From: Antedon mediterranea
Taxonomy: Eukaryota > Animalia > Echinodermata
NCBI RefSeq assembly: GCF_964355755.1
Contig: NC_092672.1
Span: 248,001 to 312,000, forward strand
DNA length: 64,000 nt
Direction of reading: 5' to 3'
The position numbers were made by a program, and so were the translations under genes. The notes below the pieces were generated by a model. It ran no database searches, was not told the origin of the DNA, and saw nothing but the letters and a program-made list of their open reading frames with translations. Numbering within the stretch: position 1 is the first letter of the stretch; every line of letters starts with the position of its first letter. Positions 23,959 to 34,580 of the stretch are shown here, piece by piece.

Positions 23959-25708
23959 ATGATGCAAGAAGAAAAGGAATGGACACCACTCCCAAGGCCG
24001 TGTTTGGTGTGTCTCACTAAGAAAAAAGTTGATCATAGTAATGATGACACTAAGCCAAGTAGGCCTACTATGACACTGACAGATGCTGAATTTATTTCTA
24101 ACCAAACGGACATAATTAACACATTTACAGACAATTTGGTAAACATTAACAAGGACAACTCTGATCAATTGGAACAATGTGGTGATATGACTACTGTGAA
24201 CATTATGAATGTTGGCAAAACACAAAAATGTTTGTCTTTAAAACGTGCAGCAAACTTTACAAATCAAAAGCATCATTCATCTGCAAAGAATGTTTGTAAC
24301 AAAAAAACCCTGAATATGAACTCAAAAGTCAAACAGCAAGACTTGCTGCTGCATCAGCAAACATTTAAGCCTGTACTAACAGATCAAGTCAAGACTCAAT
24401 CAAAATGGCAGCCAACTTTATTCGGTCAATCATCTATTGCTAAATTTGATACCAAAAAACAGAAAGAATTAGCAATTCAATCTACAAGTAAGCAGGCATC
24501 AAACCTGTCATTATTTCAGAAAAGATGTTCAGCGAACAAAATAGTTGAACAGTCCAAAACTGATGATGGTTTAAAGTTATGTCCACTTTGTCAAATGGAA
24601 TTCCTAATAAGGTAAGACTAAGTTAAATGTACAAACATTTATCCATATTTCAGATTTTATTAGTCTCTAGCTTACATAAATATACTGTTATGTTTTGTAT
24701 GTCAGAAATTAGAATTTGAATGCAAGTTTGACTAAAGATAATATTTTAATATTATAATAAACTTCTCCACCATGGGAACTCAAGGTACTTATTATGTGTT
24801 CATTTACTTGTTGTATAAGTAATTAGGCCTACTAGGAAATCATCGATAATTTCTTTAAAGTTAATTTTAATTTATGGATATAAATTTGACATAAAGCGGA
24901 TTAGACATTTTGCTATTTGTGTTTTAATGGTCATGTAAATCATTAGCACATTGCTAAGCAACAGATGTTAAAACACCTCATTTGTTGTGAAATTGATCAC
25001 TTCATTCACTTGTTGGATCTATGACGACAGTCCTTAAGAGCTTTTTTGATTCTAAAAAGTATTAAATTACAAAGTTCTCACTAGAAAGTGGCATATTTAA
25101 ATTTCCTATCAATCAATGATAAGATGGTTTGTCAAAACGATTTAAATGTTCTGACTTAACGGGTAGCAAAATGACCAATTGCTATTCATTGAACTACTCA
25201 ATTATATTTAGTATAAGATATCACAAAAACAATTAACAAAAACGGAATGTATTTATTTCGCTTTACATCAACTTATTACAAGCAAGAGTTGAGAATTTTG
25301 AAATCTTTGATTGAATACTTTGTCAAATTTCTGTAATTCCAACAAATAATTCACATGCCCCATTTTTTAAGTTTAACATTACTGACTACGTGAGTTACTG
25401 TGACCTCTGTCACCTATTGTTTTTCCTAATCTATCAGTTTGACTGTTCTTAATTGTTTGGTTGGTGAAATCAATAAATGAAATGAATTCAAAAGAAAGAA
25501 AATGAACATTAAAGCTCTTAAATTATTACAGTTTACTGAATGCAAAAATGAGGAGAGGGACAAGAGGTTGAAATAATTTCATGTAAATGACTATATTATA
25601 TAAATAACATTTACTCAATGTACTCATTATTACAGTTGGACACAGATAGAAAAAGATGGTCATATAGCTTCATGTCTATCAGAAACAAGTGATGATGTCA
25701 TCTGGTAA
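23959..25708 (+). CDS. FAAP20: FAAP20-like protein with C-terminal UBZ2-type zinc finger
   Basis: Exon 23959-24611 (ag|gtaaga) joins exon 25636-25708, giving ...CPLCQMEFLISWTQIEKDGHIASCLSETSDDVIW*. This matches the FAAP20 UBZ pattern CPxCQxEF...D.H.A.CL.E...DV.W with a terminal Trp. The N-terminus looks disordered and is not recognisably conserved. Confidence 0.72.
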
Positions 25709-26420
25709 CAGTCAAAGAAACAAGTAATGATGTCATCTGGTAACAGTCAAAGAAAGAGGTAATGATATCATCCAGTAACAGTCATATTAGAAACAAGTGA
25801 TGATGTCATCCAGTAACAGTCATATTAGAAACAAGTGATGATGTCATCCAGTAACAGTCACAGAAACAAGTAATGATGTCATCCAGTAACAGTCAAATAA
25901 ACAAGTGATGATGTCATCCAGTAACAGTCACAGAAACAAGTAATGATGTCATCCAGTAACAGTCAAAGAAACAAGTAATGATGTCATCTGGTAACACTCA
26001 CAGAAACAAGTAATGATGTCATCCAGTAACATTCACAGAAACAAGTAATGATGTCATCTGGTAACAGTCAAAGAAACAAGTAATGATGTCATCTGGTAAC
26101 AGTCACAGAAACAAGTAATGATGTCATCTGGTAACACTCACAGAAACAAGTAATGATGTCATCCAGTAACATTCACAGAAACAAGTAATGATGTCATCTG
26201 GTAACAGTCAAAGAAACAAGTAATGATGTCATCTGGTAACAGTCACAGAAACAAGTAATGATGTCATCTGGTAACAGTCAAATAAACAAGTGATGATGTC
26301 ATCTGGTAACAGTAAAAAAAAACAGGCGATGATGTCATCCAGTAACAGTCATATTAGAAACAGATGATGATGTCATCCAGTAACAGTCAAAGAAACAAGT
26401 GATGATGTCATTTTGGTAAA
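25681..26420 (+). repeat. 34-37-bp minisatellite (~21 copies) made from the last 8 codons and stop of the FAAP20-like gene
   Basis: Unit agaaacaagt(g/a)atgatgtcatc(tg/ca)gtaacagtca; the first unit is coding (ETSDDVIW*). Confidence 0.95.
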
Positions 26421-28067
26421 AGATAATGATAGGGTTAGGTGCAGAGTTCTGTCGGTGTACCTACCTAGTGTGAAAGTGATTAATAATGAGCAACATTTGT
26501 ATGCAAACGAGATAAATGTCTATTTGTGTTCACTGAATGATATTTTAGAGAGCAGTTGGCATCTGAACTGTGTATCGCTATACAACTCTGAACTCTACAA
26601 TCATTTTCAATATAAGGTCATTAGCTTCTGAACTGATAATTCTTTCGTTTTACATATCGCAACTAATTGCATTAAACTCAGTTGTTTATAATTCGCCGGT
26701 AATGTAATACTGTTCTCCTAAGTCTGTTAAAATGCTAGAATTAGAGGCAATTTCTTTACTTTTTTGTGCTTATTACGTTCATCGGCGAGATGTAATAAAG
26801 TGAAGATTATGGCATCAATTCTATCAATTGCATGTTTGCATTCTTTGAAGTGCTTTTATAGTTAATAATTCCTTTAAAAACAGGATTTTATAATAATTTT
26901 CGATAGATCGCTAATTTCATTCGTCTGATTTTTAACATCTGAAATTTCAATCGTTAACCCGCAGCATTGCAGTTTATTTATTGACATAATGATATCTCGG
27001 TAAGATAAGTAGCCTGCATCATCTTATGTGCTAAAAATCATCTGAGAAGGAAGGACGGAAGGAAAGGCAATACTTAAAATAAAACCACTACCATTACGTC
27101 AGCATGTTTGTATTTGTAGGCCTATATCGATCCAGCATCTTCCTTCAGTTTGTTATTGCTATTTTATGGCGAATCGTGATGAGATATGACAACAGTTAAT
27201 TAAAAAATATAAAAAATAAATATTGAAAAATGTATTCGCAAAGTGGTGATTTTTTACACAGAGATTTTAATTTGTTTCTTCTTATAGTGTCTGTATTATT
27301 GTATTGAAGTGGTCCTTATTATGATACTACAAATCAATTAAGCACACGGCATTGACATACGTGACATTTATTACTTATATCGTAACTATTTCCGTCAGTT
27401 TCTGTCTTGTGCGTTAAAACCAATTTGGGTAATTGCATGAATAGAGCCGGCGTCAGCCTCTTCAATCCTTTATGTACAATGAACTCAAATGTTTTCGTTT
27501 TTTACGCCATTTCACAACAACATCATATATACAAACAAAATATCATAACGTTTTTTTTATTGTTTATTATTTTAGATATTCTCTTAAGTATTATTATTTT
27601 TATAGGTACCGTATATGAGATAATTTAATTCGCTGAGTTTTTTCTTTCAATGTATTGACAAATTGAAACCAAACTCATGAAAACAAATTTTGCACAATAA
27701 GAAATTAAATAATCCCTTGTTATGAGGACGATTTAAAATAAAAACATTGTTGTAAATTCATTCAGTAAATTTAATCATGAGAGAAAAGATTTTCCAGGAT
27801 TAATATTGATGGAAGTTTCGTAAATTAATTTAGCAACAACAGACTTATTTTAAGTTTAATCAATCTACCAAATTCTAATCAAGTAAAAACAAGTATGGTG
27901 ATAAAGTAAGTAAAATGCTTCGTACTGCTTATTATGAAAACAATTACTTTATTCATCACATCATGACGTCAATGTATAGTTTGTAAAGTGTTATAAACAT
28001 AATGATAAAAAGAGGCACCGGGAAAGAAAAGTTTTTGTATCGATGAGACCCCAGATTAAATTATTAA

Positions 28068-28613
28068 AGATGTATTGTCCCTTTGACTAATTCCAAAAAA
28101 AAATTTTTTTTTTAATTTCGAAAAAAAGTGGGTCATTTTTAAGTATCATAATAGTTATTAACTTTCACCAAAAATTAGTCAAAAAAAAAATAATTTAACC
28201 TAAATACAGATGTTTTTTTGTTCAAAAAATAACTTTGACTTCCAGTCACAGTTTTCAATCAAAACATATCCCATAATGCAATGCGCTTGTTTGGCTACTC
28301 TGTATGCATAATCATAAAACTTCCTCGTGATCTGTGTGAAAACACCTTCTCAACCGTGAAGAGTTGTAAACAATCCTAATTAGCATCTTGCATAATGCAT
28401 ACTCATGGTTTGAAATCTTTGTTTACTTTTGCTTGCGACGATTTCTCAGACGAAATGTAATCTAATTAATTTACCTGTTAATTACGTAAACTGTTGTTTT
28501 TGGCTCGAATTTTCGACTTAAAGTGAATAACTTTAATATTACTTTGATATGGCCAATTTAAATTTAGAATATTTTTTTTTTTCATTTTTTGTGTTTCAAG
28601 GGACAATACATCT
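28068..28613. mobile_element. Kolobok-like MITE with TTAA TSD
   Basis: TTAA-agatgtattgtccc ... gggacaatacatct-TTAA. Confidence 0.85.
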
Positions 28614-29139
28614 TTAAAGTTAAAGTTTGTTTCAGAGTTATACGCAATGTATTTTTTTAAAGTAAGGTATTTATACTCAATGGATGTTTTTTGGTTTAAA
28701 AAAAAAGCATTTCAGATTTTATTTATCCGGAAATAGATTAATTTGAATTCAATTACATGTAAGTTTATTCTATTTCAATTAGGCCTACCTGTAAGGGGCG
28801 TTTTGATTGAATAAAATAAATATAGATGGTGTGATGGGCGTGTGATATCACGGATTCACAATTTCACATCTACCATAATTCAAATAATCACTAATGGCAT
28901 AATATTTTAACATTTATTGACATCTACACGAAACAAATTGTTGAATTTTAACAAGCACATAAATACATAGGCCTATATCATTATAATATTTAAAAGTTCG
29001 GGAAACATTTTATATTTAGACTGAACTTATAACACATTCACTCACTGCAAAGAACTGACACTTGACATCGTGCATGGAGACATAAAACAATTTTTTACTT
29101 TCAGTCGCTAGGCCTATTACCATACCAGAGTATACGACT

Positions 29140-30300
29140 TAATTACGACAAGCTGTTGCAGTAGATGAAACTGCTTGTGATGCGACTTACAGTCAAGGTT
29201 TAGCTGCGACAGATACTTCTGCTGCTGCAGAAGATAAAACTGCTCGTGATACAACGTAGCAAGGTTCACTTACGACAGACACTGCTGGTGCAGAAGATGA
29301 AGCTACTTGTGATACAGCTTTACATGGTTCAATTACAACAGATACTGCTGCTTCAGAAGATAAAGCTGCTTCTGATACAACAACAAGGTTCAATTACGAC
29401 AGATGCTGATTGCAGTAGATGAAACTGCTTGTTATACATCTTAACATCAGTTACGACAGATACTGTTGTTACAAGCGACGAAGCTGCGTCTGATACAAAT
29501 TAACAAGGTTCAGTTACGGCAGATGCTGGTTTAGTGGTTAATACTGCTTGTGATACAATTTAGCAAGGTTCAGTAATACAACAAATAGTGTTGTAGTAGA
29601 AGAAACTGCTTCTGATACAACCAAGTTCAGTTACGACAGATAATGCTGTGTTACAGAAGACGAAACTGCTTGTGATACAACTTAGCAAGGTTCCGTTACG
29701 ACAAATGCTGCTATTGCAGCGCAGAAGATGAAACTGCTTGTGATACAACTTGACACGCGATTCAGATACGACAGATACTGCTGTTGCAGAAGATAAAACT
29801 GCTTGTGATACAACTTAGCACGGTTTAGTTACGAAAAATGCAGCTGTTGCAGAATGTTAAAATGCTTGTGATACAACTAAACTGCTTGTAATACAACTTG
29901 GCACGCAATTCAGATACGACAGATACTGTTGTTGCAGTTAAACTACTTGTTATAAAACTTAGCACGGTTCAGATACGACAGATGTTGCCGTTGCAGTAGA
30001 TGAAACTGCTTGTGATACGACTTTCAAATTGTTGTGAACCCTTTTTCTCGATCCTTTCACCGTAACATCGCATTCACAAGGGTTTAAGTACCAGCAGAAG
30101 GCATCTCTGTATGTGCTGTTGGTGAGGGTGTAAATAATCGGATTGATTGCAGTAGAAGAAACTGCTTGTGATTACAACTTTGCACGCATTTCAGATACGA
30201 CAGATACTGTTGTTGCAGTTAACCTGCTTGTTATACAACTTAGCATTGTTCAGATACGACAGATGCTGCCGTTGCAGTAGATGAAACTGCTTGTGATACG
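29140..30300 (-). repeat. Degenerate ~60-63-bp tandem repeats derived from the GPCR C-terminal tail, including a partial TM7/helix-8 duplication at 29959-30150
   Basis: Units translate on the minus strand as VVSQAVSSxAxAVSVVxEPC-like sequence; 29959-30150 copies about 30240-30431. Confidence 0.9.
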
Positions 30301-31367
30301 ACTTTCAAATTGTTGTCAACTCTTTTTCTCGATCCTTTCACCGAAACATCGCACCCACACGGGTTGAAGTACCAGCAGAAGGCATCTCTGTATGTTTTGT
30401 TGGTGAGGGTGTAAATAATCGGATTGATGGCAGCGTTCATGAACATGGGTGTGCGAGTTAAATTTGCAACGTTAGTAAATTTATACTGGTCAAAATCGTT
30501 ATAGTACTGGATAAAAAGATTGAGCAATCTGTAAGGCAGGAAACACATGGCATATATAGAAACTGTGACTGTCACTGTTCTAAATATCTTCCGCTCAGCT
30601 TTAATGCGGTTTTCGATATTCTTTGATTCGTTGAAAGGAGATTTGCGAAGTTCCATGACCATTAGTACGTACATTGGAACCATACCGACAATAATCAACA
30701 ACCCAACGCCAATATCAGCTACATACGTATGTATTACAATCTTACAAGCTAAATCATTCTCAGGGCCACAGTAATGACACCAAGTCGTCTCACTGGGTAG
30801 ACCGCGGTATCCATCAGGCCAAGGGAAAGTGTGTGTTTGAGTAGAAACCGAAAAAAGGAGACGAGACTGGTAGGCAAAGACAGTGAGCCATACAGCGGTG
30901 CTTATTTTGAAGGCGCGGCTCCGCGTGCCATTTTCGCGGTACTTGAATGGCCTACATATGGCTAAGTAGCGTTCTGCTGACACGCAGAGAATCATGACAT
31001 TAGAAATTTGGAAACTTGAATCAATGAGAAACACTATAATCTTGCAAACGTAAGGCGAGAAGTTGCCCTGATGAAAACTATCGTGCAGGTCATTTTCTGC
31101 ATATGATCTAAAAAACGGAATTGGTGCCACCGCTAAGAACACGCTATCTGAAAATGCCAAGCTAACTAAGTAGACATTAAGTGGTGTCTTCATCTGTGGA
31201 ACGCGCAGTAGCACCACGACTGTTGCACTATTACCGATGAGTCCAACGATGATAATGATTGGCCAGATAACCGGAATGATCACATGATCCATTGCTGGAT
31301 ACAAAAACAGGTCAACATACTCATCAAGGTCGTATTCAGTGGTGGTGGTGTTGTTGGATACGTCCAT
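30240..31367 (-). CDS. Class A (rhodopsin-like) GPCR, peptide-receptor-like (TRH/neuromedin-U/ghrelin receptor-like), single coding exon
   Basis: Seven hydrophobic segments with GLIGN (TM1), LVSLAFSD (TM2), SAERYLAICRPF (TM3), CFLPY (TM6) and NAAINPIIY (TM7), plus N-terminal glycosylation sequons (NNTT). Likely start MDVSN at 31367, just after a cag acceptor. Ligand class is not determined. Confidence 0.92.
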   Translation of the reverse strand: MDVSNNTTTTEYDLDEYVDLFLYPAMDHVIIPVIWPIIIIVGLIGNSATVVVLLRVPQMKTPLNVYLVSLAFSDSVFLAVAPIPFFRSYAENDLHDSFHQGNFSPYVCKIIVFLIDSSFQISNVMILCVSAERYLAICRPFKYRENGTRSRAFKISTAVWLTVFAYQSRLLFSVSTQTHTFPWPDGYRGLPSETTWCHYCGPENDLACKIVIHTYVADIGVGLLIIVGMVPMYVLMVMELRKSPFNESKNIENRIKAERKIFRTVTVTVSIYAMCFLPYRLLNLFIQYYNDFDQYKFTNVANLTRTPMFMNAAINPIIYTLTNKTYRDAFCWYFNPCGCDVSVKGSRKRVDNNLKVVSQAVSSTATAASVVSEQC

Positions 31368-32152
31368 AATGGCAATCTGAAAGATTCCAAAATATGGATA
31401 CTTAAAATTAACACACAGTAATAATAACATGGTGAACTCATGGGACAAAGACAATATATTGTCTATGGCAACAACGGTACCCTAACACAGTAAACAAAAT
31501 TACTCTTTAAACTCATTACTGGTTGCAAGACTCGTCAATGGAACATAAATGTCGCTTTTAAAGAGATAAGAACATTACAATTGAGACATTGCTTTTAATA
31601 TAAGTAGAACAAAAAGTAAATGTATTAAATCATGAATCTGTATTGGGCGATCTTTCACACCCATCGCGTATACATCTGATAAATTGCTTTTCAATCCATT
31701 TCTTAATGCATATTGGGGACGGAATGTTAAACAATGCATTAGAACATTTAGAATGTTCTATGTTGTTTAACAGGTTGCCATGTAAACGATATCAAACGTG
31801 AGGAACGTGTTTGATGAAGGTTGTTTTAACATAAAAATATGACATAAAAAGATAAAATTAATATTGTTTTTCGTCACCCACATTGTAAGAGCGAAGCAAC
31901 AACTCCCAATTGTAAATAAAATGTATGTAAATAGATCTGTACCAATTAAAGGCTTAGATAATCAAATATGAATGAGTGATTAATTACGGTTCACTTCAAC
32001 GGTGTTGAAAAGCTTTTTTAATTCAGTTTAAAAACTATGATGTTATTCATAATGCCACTTGTTAATTAGGTACGGTAAATCTAATTATTCGGCCGTACGA
32101 TTTTTCAGATCATTGACGAGCGAATTTGAACGCGACCGTTAAAGTTACATCG

Positions 32153-33383
32153 GTTCAGGTGGCTTTAGTGACTTAATCGTTACACCGTCGGAGGACAAAA
32201 GCACCAAATTTCTTTTAAACGTACTAATTTATTTTTGCCTAGGAGCCACCCGATCAGCTTCCGATTTTCCAAGATGGCGGCCAAAATCCAAAATGGCTGC
32301 CAGTAAATTGGTATATCATATATATCTGGCTGTAAAAGTTACAAATAGACAAATAATGTACTGAATCAAGAATTTCTGAGGTCAGTAAAACCGATTCAGG
32401 AAATATTATATAAAGTGAGTTCCAAGATGGCGCCCAAAAATTAAAAATGGTAGCCCTTAAAATACATTATAATCGTATACAAAGTCACAAATAGTCCATT
32501 CCTAATGTATTTTAGTCTGCAAAACAGAAGGAAGGTGCAAGCATTGCATTTTATAAATTGATAAACCATGCTAGTTATAAAAACCCATGTTATCAAATTT
32601 CTAAAGTTTTTCTCGAAAACTAGTGGTCGTAAAAGTTTTTTTATGAAAAATTGTTAGAAAAATATATATTTATATGTTATATAATAAAACAGTTTCTATG
32701 AAAATGTAAAAGAATTCTATTTATGATAACTAAATTTGTAATTTTTTAACATCCAATAGTATTTGTTATGTATTAAAATGTGTTATATTTGCTGATTTTA
32801 GGCAATTAACGTAAATTTATCTGAACTATGGATTTTTTATGTAAAATTTGTTTTCTTTAATATAGAGAAAATGTAATTGTTTATCAAATAAGACCATTTA
32901 AAAAATATTCAGACAAAAACTTAATTAGTTACAGGTAAAAAAGTGTCCTTTTTACTTTTCAACAGCGCCCTTAATCTTTATTTTCCCAAAAATACCAGAA
33001 ACTGAACTGGTTATAACTTTTTCTATATAGATTTTTTTTACAGTAACATACCACCTCTACCATTTACTACAGCTACTTCATTTACATATTACTTCTGCCG
33101 TCCACAGATACTGTATTTGATTTCCTAGTTTACTGGCAGCCATTTTGGATTTTTCCCACCATCTTTGCAACGAGTGACCTATATTATGTACCATGTCAAA
33201 AATATGTTTCAATGACCATGAATACTTATGTTTTGATAGTTCATTTGCCTATATGTGACTTCTGCAACGAATGAAAATGTGATTTTCCAATTTGTAGGTC
33301 CCAACGAAGCTCCATGCCAAATCTGTCGCTTTTGTCCACTGTGTCACGATTTCCTCAAAATTTGTTGTTAAGTCACCTGACTA
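32153..33383. mobile_element. Degenerate non-autonomous DNA transposon (possibly Academ-like)
   Basis: Left tcaggtggctt...aatcgttacac...ggacaaaagc-ccaaattt versus right aaatctgtcgcttttgtcc...gtgtcacgatt...aagtcacctgacta; internal inverted aaaatccaaaatggctgccagtaaa / tttactggcagccattttggatttt. Confidence 0.65.
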
Positions 33384-33919
33384 TCTTGATGCACCGGTGA
33401 TTAATGCTGGTCGTGATTGGTATATTGGTTCGATAACGTTTTACAAACGTTCTGTCCCTATACGCAACGTAAAACCGACGTCAATCGACGAATCATCTAA
33501 AATCCTCTAAACTGGCAAGTTACTTGCGTTACGCATAGGGCCAGTACGTGACGTCCTTTTACGAACTAAATTTGAACAAAGTTACTTTAGCGGTAATAAA
33601 AATAGCATCCGATGCGGTAACGATTAACTTGATTATACAAACAACTAATGAATCTAAGCCCATGTGATTTATCCGATTTCCGTGTGTATTCATGATGGAA
33701 TTCGTTTAGTTATTAATTCTTCCACATCGTGCTGCTGATTGTGGGTTAACTTTTGTTGTCAATAATCTGTTTTGATTCATTCAACAAAAATAAAATGGTA
33801 AACTTTTGTGGACTAAGTAGGCCTACGCGCGTTATAAATTATTATTGTTATTACCTAATTGGTCAGTTAAATAAAAATGTATTTGTATTATTCCTTTATT
33901 GATTACATTGTGTGAGCAT

Positions 33920-34580
33920 AGATCTATCATACAGGGGTAGAGGTCTATCATACAGGGTAGAGGTCTATCATACAGGGGTAGAGGTCTATCATACAGGGGT
34001 AGAGGTCTATCATACAGGGGTAGAGGTCTATCATACAGGGGTAGAGGTCTATCATACAGGGGTAGAGGTCTATCATACAGGGGTAGAGGTCTATCATACA
34101 GGGGTAGGGGTCTATCATACAGGGGTAGGGGTCTATCATACAGGGGTAGAGGTCTATCATACAGGGGTAGGGGTCTATCATACAGGGGTAGGGGTATATC
34201 ATACAGGGGTAGGGGTCTATCATACAGGGGTAGAGGTCTATCATACAGGGGTAGAGGTCTATCATACAGGGGTAGAGGTCTATCATACAGGGGCAGAGGT
34301 CTATCATACAGGGGTAGAGGTCTATCATACAGGGGTAGAGGTCTATCATACAGGGGTAGAGGTCTATCATCAGGGAACATTTTCGCCAGTGTAGCGTAGC
34401 AAAAAGCTATACAAAACAACCTTATTGCTACACATTTTGAAAATTGTGTAGCAAAAAATACAATACAAAACTATGTTTCTGGACTTAAAAATCAGTTTGA
34501 TTAGCAATATTGCTAAACAAAATTTTTAAATGAAAATTTTCCCTGATCATACAGGGGTAGAGGTCTATCATACAGGGGGT
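33920..34580. repeat. 21-bp minisatellite (ggggtagaggtctatcataca)n, interrupted by a MITE
   Basis: About 21 copies to 34370, resuming at 34546. Confidence 0.95.
34371..34545. mobile_element. 175-bp hAT-like MITE with 5-bp TSD ATCAT
   Basis: TIR cagggaacattttc / gaaaattttccctg; ATCAT at 34366-34370 and 34546-34550. Confidence 0.8.

Noticed and set aside
31368-31454. N-terminal extension of the GPCR ORF given in the track
   Set aside because: Starts at a non-ATG codon and runs through a likely intron acceptor; MDVSN at 31367 is the more plausible start.
33832-34419. Long repetitive ORFs (DRPLPLY / VEVYHTG / MIDLYPC)
   Set aside because: Translations of a 21-bp minisatellite that is open in several frames; no gene context.
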